Shown: one piece after another, positions 17,736 through 26,172 of the stretch | Position numbering within the stretch: the first letter of the stretch is position 1 | How the letters are laid out: the number at the start of each line of letters is the position of its first letter | From: an uncultured Gammaproteobacteria bacterium | GTDB taxonomy: Bacteria > Pseudomonadota > Gammaproteobacteria > Steroidobacterales > Rariloculaceae | DNA length: 64,000 nucleotides | Direction: 5' to 3' | Assembly (NCBI GenBank): GCA_963810755.1 | Contig: CAWEOP010000006.1 | Coordinates: 465,057 to 529,056 of the forward strand | Notes under the pieces: model-generated | What the model saw: the letters and a program-made list of their open reading frames with translations, nothing else | What the model was told of the DNA's origin: nothing | Database searches by the model: none | Position numbers and translations under genes: made by a program

Positions 17736-18551
17736 CTAACGCGCCGAGCAGGGCGTCGGCCGGAACTTGCTACCGTTCGGCTCGCGCTTGAAGTTCGTCG
17801 TCGTGACCCAGGGGCCGACGAGAAACTCGGGGTCGCGCACGATCGTCGTCACGACGAACCATTCCGTGCCGCTCGGCTCTTTGAACGTATCGAAATACTC
17901 GTTGAGCTCGACGGACGCGCCGAACGGGATCCCGTTGGCGCGCAAGTAACCGGGCTTCAGGAGAGTCGTCACGACCTCGAGCGCGCGCCCTTGTGCGCCG
18001 GCGCGCGGCTGCGTGCCGATGGCGAACGCCTCCGGGGGCGCGACGCCGTGCATCGGCCCCTCCCAGCGCGCGGCCGACCAGCCCTGGAGGCTCGGCTGCT
18101 CTGTAGCAGGGGGAAGCTGGCCGCCGAAGCGCAGCAGCCGCGTCTGAGTGCCCTCGTCGGTCTCGATCTTGAGCGTCGCGTCGTCCGCCCACGTGATGTG
18201 CAGACGGCCGGGCCGGCGCAGGATCGCGGGCGCGCCGTACGCCTTGCAGCGCTCACCGGCCGCTTCATCCTTCGCGGGATCCCAGGCCGCGCCGAGCGCG
18301 TGCGCGGCCGGCGTCGCGGGTATGTTCGCGAAGTCGCCCCTGAGCGGCGTGACCATGCGCCAACGCCAATCCTCGGTGACCACGGACACCCACCAGCCCG
18401 TGAGGTCGATCGGCGCCGCGGCCTTCGGCGTCGTTGGCAGGGCGGCGCCAGGCGCACCGCCCGGCGGCTGCGCGCTCACGGCCGCTGCGCAGAAGATCGC
18501 AACGAGGCCACCGAGCATCGTGTAAGTCGCCTTGCGACCGGTCCAGCTCAT
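17736..18551 (-). CDS. secreted Cys-bracketed domain protein (family copy 2)
   Basis: Signal peptide. IDLTGWWVSV (GxW), CKAYGAPAILRRPGRLHI, GWSAARWEG, ...PEFLVGPWVTT...RPTPCSAR. Confidence 0.7.
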   Translation of the reverse strand: MSWTGRKATYTMLGGLVAIFCAAAVSAQPPGGAPGAALPTTPKAAAPIDLTGWWVSVVTEDWRWRMVTPLRGDFANIPATPAAHALGAAWDPAKDEAAGERCKAYGAPAILRRPGRLHITWADDATLKIETDEGTQTRLLRFGGQLPPATEQPSLQGWSAARWEGPMHGVAPPEAFAIGTQPRAGAQGRALEVVTTLLKPGYLRANGIPFGASVELNEYFDTFKEPSGTEWFVVTTIVRDPEFLVGPWVTTTNFKREPNGSKFRPTPCSAR

Positions 18552-18555
18552 CGCA

Positions 18556-19635
18556 TCACTCTCCGTTCCTCGCGGCGCTCGTGCCCGCGCTCGCGAGGCT
18601 CGAGTAAACGGCCTCGACGAACATGCTCGGCGTCACCGCACGCGACGGATACTCGAGGTCGTAGTCGAGCGTCGGTCGCGCGGCCTGCACCTGCGCGAGC
18701 GTCTGGCCCTTCGCGATCAGATCGCGGATCCGATCGGCGACGATCACCACCATGTCGCGGTACTCGACGACGTCGATCTCCTCGCACAGACGACCGTGGC
18801 CCGGGATCACCTTCGTGCCGCCTTCTTGGAACGCTTCGGGCACCGTCATCGCGAGAATCGCGTTCAGCGCGTCGATCAAACCCTGCACGCTGCCCCCGCG
18901 TGCGCGGTCGATGTTCGGAAAACGATCCGGCGTGAACACGTCGCCCGTGCTGATCACGTCGGAATTGCGGAACAGCACGACGCTGTCGCCGTCCGAGTGT
19001 GCGCTCGGCATGTGGTAGACGATGATCGGCTCGCCGTTGAACGAGAAGTCCTTCGTCGGCTGGTAGTACTCGCTCGTCGGCAGCACCGAGCGCGGCACGG
19101 CCGCGCTGCCGGTCGCCTGCGTGAGGCGGTTCAGCACGTTCTCGTGCGCGAGGATCGTCATGCCCTGCGCGGAGCCGAGCAGCACCGGATTCGCGGCCGC
19201 GCTCTGCCGCGACGCGCCGCCCGGCGCCTGCCCGAACGAGGCGATCGCTTCGTTGCCCGCGATGTGCTCGCGCGCGTCGCTCGTGCTCACGACGTAGCGG
19301 ATCGGATCGGCGCTGAGCTTCGCGATCTCGGCGAACGCCTGCGACGCGAGCTCGAGCGGCGGCGCGTCGACGAGCAGGACACCGTGCTTGCCGGTCTGCA
19401 CCGTGACGTTCGCGCCGCCGGCGGACAGCCCGGCGGAAAGCATGTAGACGTTCGGGCGCACTTGCAGCACGCGCACGCTCGGCACGGCCCCCGCGTCCGG
19501 TGCGGCGGTCGCAGTCGATCGCGCCGGACGCTGCGCGGCGGCGCCCGCGGCGAGGAATACGCAGACGGCGGCGCAGGCGACCGCGACGCAGCGCGCCGCA
19601 ACGCGCGCGCAACCTAGCTCGGCGATCGGGCTCAT
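18556..19635 (-). CDS. MBL-fold protein with degenerate first metal motif
   Basis: Signal-like N-terminus. Where HxHxDH is expected it reads VVSTSDAREHIAGN. Later motifs are kept (ILAHEN, PSAHSDGDSVV, TGDVF, VIPGHG). Confidence 0.8.
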   Translation of the reverse strand: MSPIAELGCARVAARCVAVACAAVCVFLAAGAAAQRPARSTATAAPDAGAVPSVRVLQVRPNVYMLSAGLSAGGANVTVQTGKHGVLLVDAPPLELASQAFAEIAKLSADPIRYVVSTSDAREHIAGNEAIASFGQAPGGASRQSAAANPVLLGSAQGMTILAHENVLNRLTQATGSAAVPRSVLPTSEYYQPTKDFSFNGEPIIVYHMPSAHSDGDSVVLFRNSDVISTGDVFTPDRFPNIDRARGGSVQGLIDALNAILAMTVPEAFQEGGTKVIPGHGRLCEEIDVVEYRDMVVIVADRIRDLIAKGQTLAQVQAARPTLDYDLEYPSRAVTPSMFVEAVYSSLASAGTSAARNGE

Positions 19636-19645
19636 GGTCGCGGCC

Positions 19646-20716
19646 TCATCGGCTCGGGGTTGGGCTCGGCCTCGGGGGCGCGCTCTCGAGCGGACCCGCG
19701 GGCGGCGCGGCGCGCGCCGGGCCGCCGAGCGGCACGCCGGGAAGCCGGCCGCCGAGCAGCGTCGTGCCGGGCTCGCGCTGGCAGTCGAAGAGATTCGAGC
19801 AGATGCAGTAGATCTCGCACTGGGCGGGCGGCGGCTTCGCCGGCGGTCCCATCGTCAGGCGATACTCGGGATACAAGGTCTGCGCGCCGCCGCGCGCCGC
19901 CTCGAGCGGCAGGCCATAGGTCTCCGCGAACTCGTGCAGCCACGGATTGGTGCCGGGCAGGTGATGCGGCACTAGCTGCGCGGGATCCGGAATCTCGGTC
20001 ACGTATTCGCACGCCGTCTGCCCCATCCTCTGGCCCGGATCGAGCACCCAGCTCTGGCTTCGGACCAACGGCTCCGTCAGCAACGCGGGATCGTCGATCA
20101 CCGTCACGACCGTGAGGAACTCGCCGTGCTTCATCCAATGCTCGGTGAACGTGCGGTTCGCCGTCGCCGGCAGGCCATTGCGCCGCAAGTAGCTCGCCTT
20201 CAGGTGCGTGGTCGTGATCGAGAGCATGTTGCCCTCCCACGCGCCCGTCGAGAATCCTTGCCACGTGTGCGCCGCTTCCGGCGGCGGGTGCGCGCGGCCG
20301 TCGAGCCAAATCGTCCTCTCCATGCTCTGGAAGCCGATCCGCGTATGAAACGCGAGAAGCCGCTGCGTCGCGGGATCGATCTCGGAGTTGATCCTGAGGG
20401 TCGCCAACCCGCGCATCGAGTAGTCGCCGCCGTGCTGGCGGCACTGGTATTCCGTGACGACCGAGATCCGGTCCGCGTCGTAGCTGTCGCCGCGCAGCCG
20501 CGCCGCTTCGTTCACGGGGATGCCGGTGTAATCACCGAGCTCGGGGCCCGGCAGCCGCTCGGGACCGTCCTCGTGATAGAGCGGCATCCAGGCGCCCGCG
20601 AAGTCGACGTTCTGGGCCGCGGCACCCACGGTCACGCCCGCGGCCGTGAACGCCATTGTCCAGGTCGCGGCTCCGATCGCGCGCGCGCGCTGCCAGTCCC
20701 GCATGACGCCCCGCAT
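19646..20716 (-). CDS. secreted Cys-bracketed domain protein (family copy 3) with Cys-rich tail
   Basis: VDFAGAWMPLY, YQCRQHGGDYSMRGLATLRI, GFSTGAWEGNMLSITTTHLK, ...MGQTACEYV. Tail CEIYCICSNLFDC. Confidence 0.7.
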   Translation of the reverse strand: MRGVMRDWQRARAIGAATWTMAFTAAGVTVGAAAQNVDFAGAWMPLYHEDGPERLPGPELGDYTGIPVNEAARLRGDSYDADRISVVTEYQCRQHGGDYSMRGLATLRINSEIDPATQRLLAFHTRIGFQSMERTIWLDGRAHPPPEAAHTWQGFSTGAWEGNMLSITTTHLKASYLRRNGLPATANRTFTEHWMKHGEFLTVVTVIDDPALLTEPLVRSQSWVLDPGQRMGQTACEYVTEIPDPAQLVPHHLPGTNPWLHEFAETYGLPLEAARGGAQTLYPEYRLTMGPPAKPPPAQCEIYCICSNLFDCQREPGTTLLGGRLPGVPLGGPARAAPPAGPLESAPPRPSPTPSR

Positions 20717-21066
20717 GGCGATGATTCCTTCGAAGTCGAGTCAGTCGAGCTAGTTAGTACGAATCGCGCGCCAGCCCGGCGACATCGAGCGCGCGCGGCG
20801 CCGAATCGGGGCGCTCGCCTCGCAACGGACCCGCGCGGACGGTGAGCGGCGTGCTGCGCGGCGCCGCCGTACCGTGGCTGAAACCCGCGCCGCGCAAGGG
20901 TTTCACGGCTGGGAGAACTTTTGGAGCTTTCTTGGGGGAAGAAAGGACGAAACGCGCAGGACCTCGCTGCCGCGATTCGAAGAATGACGCCCCAGCGCCG
21001 GCCGCATTGGGCGGCGACGGCATCAACCACTGACTGCTGAATCAACCCTTGGGAGGGATTTACGCC

Positions 21067-22062
21067 ATGCAAACCGCAACCTTGTCCAACGACGTTTCCG
21101 TTCTGCCAGGCTACGAGCTTGCGCCCGCGGCGAACGATGCTTCGACGACTCCGCGCTACGCGCGCACCATCAAGGTGTCCAAGCACGTGCGCTGGGATAT
21201 CGACGCCGACGTGATCCGCGGCCGCGACTTCGACGACACGCGGACGTTCCTGCCGAACGGCTTGTCCAAGGTCGACGACCTCGAGATCCTGAGCGCGACC
21301 GAACGCCGGCTGCTGAGCCAGGTTCAAGGCCGCACCTACGCGTACATGTTCGGCCTCGTGGAGCGCTTCATCGGCGCGAAGGTGCTCGAGCTATCGGGGA
21401 ACCATTGGCTCGGGGATCAAGTGGCGCTCGAGGCGCTAGTTCGATTCTCCGACGAGGAGCTCAAGCACCAGGAGCTGTTCCGCCGTCTCGACGTCATGCT
21501 CGCCGCCCGCATGCCGGCGGGCTACCGCAAGACCGCGGAGCCGAACGCGATTGCCGAGTTCGTGCTCGGCAAGAGGACGTGGGCCGTGCTCGCGCTCACG
21601 GCGCACATCGAGCTCTTCTCGCAGTCGCACTACGTGCAGAGCATCGCGCCGCAAGAGTATCTGTGCCCCCTGTGGAAGGACGTGTTCATGTACCACTGGC
21701 GCGAGGAAAGCCAGCACGCGGTGCTCGACGAGCTCGAGTGGCGTGCGGAGAACGCGCGGATCTCGGCGGCCGAACGCGACGCGGCGGTGGACGACCTCAT
21801 CGCGCTCGTGGCGGGCGTCGACGGCGTGCTGCAGGCGCAGTCGGCGGCCGACGCGGAGTACTTCGCGGCGATCAACGCACGCCGCTTCACGGCGACGGAG
21901 CGGGAGCGCATCGCGGCCGGGCTGCTGCGCGCGTACCGGTGGCAGTACATCGTCTCGGGAGCGCAGCACCCGCGGTTCACCGAGCTGCTCCAAGAGATGA
22001 CGACGCCGGCGCAGCTGCAGCGCATCGGCGCGGCGCTCGCGCCGATCGTGCAAGGGGCCTAG
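21067..22062 (+). CDS. ferritin-like di-iron oxygenase (AurF-like family, tentative)
   Basis: ATG 21067 preceded by GGGAGGG. Two ExxH motifs (SDEELKHQE, WREESQHAV) in a helical protein with additional E/H-containing helices. Confidence 0.65.
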   Translation: MQTATLSNDVSVLPGYELAPAANDASTTPRYARTIKVSKHVRWDIDADVIRGRDFDDTRTFLPNGLSKVDDLEILSATERRLLSQVQGRTYAYMFGLVERFIGAKVLELSGNHWLGDQVALEALVRFSDEELKHQELFRRLDVMLAARMPAGYRKTAEPNAIAEFVLGKRTWAVLALTAHIELFSQSHYVQSIAPQEYLCPLWKDVFMYHWREESQHAVLDELEWRAENARISAAERDAAVDDLIALVAGVDGVLQAQSAADAEYFAAINARRFTATERERIAAGLLRAYRWQYIVSGAQHPRFTELLQEMTTPAQLQRIGAALAPIVQGA

Positions 22063-22069
22063 CGACTGA

Positions 22070-22097
22070 GCCCGCCGGCGCGCGTGCGCCGGCGGGC
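22070..22097. terminator. GC-rich hairpin between convergent genes (possible bidirectional terminator)
   Basis: Perfect 12-bp stem GCCCGCCGGCGC / GCGCCGGCGGGC with loop GCGT, followed by GCTTTGTG. Lies between the stop at 22062 (+) and the stop at 22128 (-). Confidence 0.5.
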
Positions 22098-22127
22098 GCT
22101 TTGTGAGCGCGGACGCAACCGGCTTTT

Positions 22128-22571
22128 TTACCGGCGGCGTGCCGCCGCGGCCGCGCGCTTGGCCGAGTCCGCGATGTACGCCGCGATGTCCGCGAGATCC
22201 TCGTCGGTCACCTCGGTCTTGCGGAACGGCGGCATCGACCAGGTACCGCGCCGCACGAACGTCTTGATCGCGTCCGCGTTGAGGTCCGTGCGCTGCTCGA
22301 TCAACGCGGGCAGCTCGCCCTTGTACTTGATCCGCAGCGCGTCCGTGCCGGGCAACATCGCTCGGCCGTCGTCGCCGGGGCCGGCGGCATGGCACGGTGC
22401 GCACGTGTGCTCGAACTTCGCCTTGCCGCGCTCGACCGCGGTCGTTTGCGCGTGCACGGCGGTCAAGGCGCCGAGCATCGCGCTCGCGAGCAAGCAGCGG
22501 AGCACGGTCCGCTGAAACGCGCACGATGCCGCGTCTGCGCCGTGCGATTCCCATGGTCTCGTCAAACTCAT
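22128..22571 (-). CDS. c-type cytochrome subunit (PchC-like) of the flavocytochrome
   Basis: 147 aa read from ORF 22128..23792. Sec signal ...LGALTAVHA, heme motif CAPCH. Its ATG overlaps the flavoprotein stop (ATGA). Confidence 0.85.
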   Translation of the reverse strand: MSLTRPWESHGADAASCAFQRTVLRCLLASAMLGALTAVHAQTTAVERGKAKFEHTCAPCHAAGPGDDGRAMLPGTDALRIKYKGELPALIEQRTDLNADAIKTFVRRGTWSMPPFRKTEVTDEDLADIAAYIADSAKRAAAAARRR

Positions 22572-24226
22572 GATCGCAACGCCCCTCGGAGCGCCCGATG
22601 CGCCGCTGGCCACACGCCCGCGCGGCCCGGCGAGAGAATGCCGTTCGGATCGGCCGCGTCCTTGAGCTGTTCCATGAAGCGGCGCAGCACGTAGCCGTTG
22701 AACGAGTATTGGTCCGCGACGTCGTCCTGCAGCATCGGCGGGGCGCGGTAGTCGCCGTAGCCGAGCTTCGCGTTCTCGGCGAGCGTCCTGCGCAGCAGCT
22801 CCGCCGCCTTCTTCTTGCCCGCGGGGCTCGTGTCGCCGCCGCCGAGACCGAAGCCGTTGCCCATCAGGAACCCGAATTGGTACCACTGCACGGGCGTCGC
22901 GATCGCGTTCGGGAACAGCGTCGGCACCTCGAGGCGCCGCGCGATGTCGGCGAAGTCCTTCTGCGCCTTGAGCACGGCTTCGCCGCTGCGCGCGACGAGC
23001 GAGAACAGCCCGATGTGCGTTTCGTTCCACGCGTTCGGATTCTGCTCGGTGCGGCCCGTCTGATACCAGACGCCGAGGCCCGGCACGCCTTGCGTGATGT
23101 TGCGCCGCATGTTGGTCGGGTACGGCCCGGTCGTCTCGTCGATCTGCTCCGGCGTCAACGGCACCTTGAGCGACTCGCCGGCCGTGAAGCGCGCGCCCGG
23201 AACCGCGCGAGCCACGAGCTCCTGCGCGTATTCCCAGTTCGCGAGCGTCGTCTTCTCGGAGCCGTAGAACTGCAGCTCCACTTGCCACGAGTGAAGGTTC
23301 GCGGCCGCCGCCTGGGCGTCCATCTTCGCCTCGTCGAACGCGAACGCCGCGTCGCGGAACTCGGTGCTCTGCATCAGCGCGCGCAGCGGGCTGCCGTACC
23401 ACGGCTCGCCGGTCATCGAGAGATCGCTCAAGTAGTTCACCGTGTCGACGAGCGGGATGAGGTCCGCGCGTTTCGGCACGGTGATCAGGCCGTTGCGCCA
23501 GTGCTCGGGCTGGGGCATCAGCCTGAAGCCCATCTTCGTGACGATGCCGAAGTTGCCCTGGCCGAACAGCCCCGCGGGATCGGGGCCGAAGCCGTGCTTG
23601 TACTCGTGCCAGCTGCGCGACGCGGGCAGCGCGCCCATGCCCGTGCGCAAGACCTCGCCGTTCGCGAGCACGACCTCCATGCCGCAATGCGCGCCGAAGT
23701 GATCGCGGTAGAAGCCCATCGTGTAACCGATGCCGTGATCGAGCGCGTTGCCGATCGGCGAGCCCCAGCCCGGATCCGGCGTGTCGATCCACACCTTGAG
23801 ATTACGATCTTGAATGTAGCGGTAGAGGTCGATGTACGACACGCCGGGCTCGACGAGCGCGAAGTTGCGCTTCGCGTCCACCTCGAGCACGCGGTTCATG
23901 CGCTTCAAGTCCACGGTCACGCTGCCGCGCACGTTCGGCGACGGCCCGCCGTAGGCGAAGTTCTTGCCGGTCGAGATCGCGTAAAGCGGAATCTTGTACT
24001 TGTTGGCGGTGCGGACGATCGCCTGCACCTGCTCGGTCGAGTCCGGCCCGACGGCTGCCGACGGAATCAGCTCGTTCGGCTGATCCTTGATGTAGGAAAA
24101 GTGATCGCGGTACGGATGGATGTCTTCGTCGCTCGTGAAGACCCATTCCTTGCCGACCGCGGCTTCGAATTCTTTGATGGCAGCCGCGAAATTCTCCGCA
24201 CTGACTCCGGGTGGCAGTATCGCCAT
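22568..24226 (-). CDS. FAD-linked oxidase of the vanillyl-alcohol oxidase / p-cresol methylhydroxylase (PchF-like) family
   Basis: 552 aa, intact, no signal peptide. PCMH-type FAD-binding fold (AVGPDSTEQVQAIVRTANKYKIPLYAISTGKNFAYGG...VEPGVSYIDLY...GNFGIVTKMGFRLMP). Confidence 0.9.
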   Translation of the reverse strand: MAILPPGVSAENFAAAIKEFEAAVGKEWVFTSDEDIHPYRDHFSYIKDQPNELIPSAAVGPDSTEQVQAIVRTANKYKIPLYAISTGKNFAYGGPSPNVRGSVTVDLKRMNRVLEVDAKRNFALVEPGVSYIDLYRYIQDRNLKVWIDTPDPGWGSPIGNALDHGIGYTMGFYRDHFGAHCGMEVVLANGEVLRTGMGALPASRSWHEYKHGFGPDPAGLFGQGNFGIVTKMGFRLMPQPEHWRNGLITVPKRADLIPLVDTVNYLSDLSMTGEPWYGSPLRALMQSTEFRDAAFAFDEAKMDAQAAAANLHSWQVELQFYGSEKTTLANWEYAQELVARAVPGARFTAGESLKVPLTPEQIDETTGPYPTNMRRNITQGVPGLGVWYQTGRTEQNPNAWNETHIGLFSLVARSGEAVLKAQKDFADIARRLEVPTLFPNAIATPVQWYQFGFLMGNGFGLGGGDTSPAGKKKAAELLRRTLAENAKLGYGDYRAPPMLQDDVADQYSFNGYVLRRFMEQLKDAADPNGILSPGRAGVWPAAHRALRGALRS

Positions 24227-24262
24227 TCTCGATCCCCTCGTTGAATCCCGTTGTTATTCCGA

Positions 24263-24877
24263 TCAGACCGTCGCACCGACGGCCGCGCGCGGCGCGATGA
24301 CCCATGAGAAGAGCGGCTCGCCGCGGGCGGCGTCGCTAGGAGCCGCCGCGGAGCTGCAGACGAGCCGCGTCGCCGCCATCGTCGAGGCAGAGCAACGAGC
24401 CATCGCACGGCTGAGTGTGAGCGGCCACGCGTGCCCCTCGGCCTGCGTTCCGTCCATCGCGGCGGCGACGAGCTCCGCAGGGCCCGCGAGCGTGTGCACT
24501 ACGGCGCCCGCCCGCGCGACGACGTGCTCGCCGCGATAGAGCACGCGCATGCCGCGGTCCGCGGCGAACGTCTCGAGCACGAACAGCGCGCCGCGCGTCG
24601 TGACGCCGGCGAGCGCCATCGGCGCAGCTTGCCAGCGCAGATCGAGGTCGTGATACCAGAGGCTCGTCAGGTCGCCGTCCGTCGCCGCGAGAGCGACGCC
24701 GTGCGCGGCGGCCTCCGTCGCGGCCGCGACGGATTCGGGGAAGCGGCGATCGAGCACGAACAGCTCGAGGCGTAAGCGCGGCGCCTCCAAGCCGGACGCC
24801 CGCGCCGCGAGCGGCGCGACGCACAAAGCACTAGAGACGGCGATGCCGGATTGCAGGAATTGTCTTCGACTGGTCAC
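24263..24877 (-). CDS. Tat-signal protein of unknown function, first gene of the flavocytochrome operon
   Basis: MTSRRQFLQSGIAVSSALCVAPLAARA is a twin-arginine signal. 204 aa. 36 nt upstream of the flavoprotein gene on the same strand. Confidence 0.6.
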   Translation of the reverse strand: MTSRRQFLQSGIAVSSALCVAPLAARASGLEAPRLRLELFVLDRRFPESVAAATEAAAHGVALAATDGDLTSLWYHDLDLRWQAAPMALAGVTTRGALFVLETFAADRGMRVLYRGEHVVARAGAVVHTLAGPAELVAAAMDGTQAEGHAWPLTLSRAMARCSASTMAATRLVCSSAAAPSDAARGEPLFSWVIAPRAAVGATV

Positions 24878-25105
24878 GTTTCCCCCTCGACATAGTCGCG
24901 AATTAGTGACTCCACAGTCATTTTCGGCATGCTCGTCGCGCCGCGCGCGAGTGTCAAGACGGTGCGCGACGCGACCCGCTAGCGCAAAAGAGTTTCGCTA
25001 AACGTTGCGCGAATTCGCCATGACTTGACGATGAGCCGCAACCCGCACGTAGCGCCGACTCTCGGCACTTGCATGAATATCAGACAGTTACGCTGCGCGC
25101 CGCCT

Positions 25106-25121
25106 TGGCACGCTCTCTGCA
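25106..25121 (+). promoter_or_regulatory. candidate sigma-54 (-24/-12) promoter
   Basis: TGGCACGCTCTCTGCA versus consensus TGGCACG-N4-TTGCW (GG and GC correctly spaced, one mismatch). About 90 nt upstream of the ATG at 25211. No EBP gene seen nearby. Confidence 0.3.
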
Positions 25122-25210
25122 AATAGTCCGCCTTCGTAAGCGTTTGAAATACCCGCCGAGTCGAAGCCGCTGCGCCGAGCACGGCTCGGCGCGATCTTGG
25201 GAGGATCGGA

Positions 25211-25543
25211 ATGAGCGTTGAACTCGTCAGGACCCAATCCGAACGCAGCGTCGTGCTGATCGCATACGTTCTGCATCTCGTGGGAGCCACGGTCGGACTC
25301 ACCAGCATCGTCGGGCTAATCCTCAACTACATCAGACTCAATCAACACGGCGAGCCGCTCGCAAGCCATCACCGTTGGATGATCCGCTCGTTCTGGTGGG
25401 CGCTCGTGTGGTTCGTCATCGGGATCATCACGTCGTTCATTCTGATCGGCTTCGCGATCTGTTTCCTCGCGTGGGTCTGGTACGTGTATCGGCACGTGCG
25501 CGGGTTGATCGCGCTCACGAACGGCGAGTCGATGCCGGGCTGA
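25211..25543 (+). CDS. small 3-TM membrane protein (COG3671/DUF4870-like)
   Basis: GGAGG SD. VVLIAYVLHLVGATVGLTSIVGLILNYIRL...HHRWMIRSFWWALVWFVIGIITSFILIGF... Confidence 0.75.
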   Translation: MSVELVRTQSERSVVLIAYVLHLVGATVGLTSIVGLILNYIRLNQHGEPLASHHRWMIRSFWWALVWFVIGIITSFILIGFAICFLAWVWYVYRHVRGLIALTNGESMPG

Positions 25544-25858
25544 CTTCGCCGCCGAAGCAACGCGCGGAGGCTTCCTGCGTATCGAATGCAACCGATCGCC
25601 GCACCAACGCATCTATTCAGCACGGGCGAAGCTCAGCCCGAGAGAAAACGACCAGGAGAGAACTGCCAGGAGAGAACTGTGTAATCGCGAATAGCTGATC
25701 GTGCCGCGCACGATCCGCGCCGGGGAGGAGCGCGTCAAGAGAACGGCCCGTGTCCGCGCACGCGAAGCAGCGGCGCGAGAAATGGGCTCAGAGGGTTTCA
25801 CACGGTCGATGTCTTCGCCGGCGCGCATCAAGAACGCGACGGCAAAAGGAGCCGAGCG

Positions 25859-26101
25859 ATGAACCCTCGAAAGAGATTGATGTTGCTCATGGTTGTCTGC
25901 GCCACGCCGCTCGCCGCGTGCTCGAGTGGCGGCTCGTCAAGCCTGACTTTCGCGGGCGCCCCGTACTACATCGGACCGGGGTTATTGAAGATCGACACCG
26001 ACTACCTCGACCGCTACGCCTGCGCGAACGGTCAGCCGATGAGGTGCGAGCGCGAGTCGCGGATTCGGGGCTCCACCGCGTATTGCCGTTGCCCTTTGTG
26101 A
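25859..26101 (+). CDS. small Cys-containing lipoprotein, unknown function
   Basis: AAGGAG SD. MNPRKRLMLLMVVCATPLAAC lipobox. Four further Cys in 80 aa. Confidence 0.6.
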   Translation: MNPRKRLMLLMVVCATPLAACSSGGSSSLTFAGAPYYIGPGLLKIDTDYLDRYACANGQPMRCERESRIRGSTAYCRCPL

Positions 26102-26172
26102 GCGCGCTGCCCACGCTAGGCCGCGAAGGTACTCGCGGAGCATAATCCCGAAAACCTCGGGGGCCGCTTCGC

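Noticed and set aside
20879-20905. Hairpin TGAAACCC-N11-GGGTTTCA in the 330-bp region upstream of the di-iron oxygenase gene (riboswitch, attenuator or terminator?)
   Set aside because: It has only an 8-bp stem, with no recognisable riboswitch core and no upstream gene on that strand to terminate. Evidence is insufficient to call anything.
22598-24244. 548-aa plus-strand ORF, and the 554-aa ORF 22128..23792
   Set aside because: Both overlap the intact PchF-like flavoprotein gene in other frames. Only the last 147 codons of 22128..23792 (the cytochrome c) are credible.
25055-25075. Second sigma-54-like string GGCACTTGCAT
   Set aside because: The GG and GC elements are only 7 nt apart instead of 12, so the spacing is wrong for a -24/-12 promoter.
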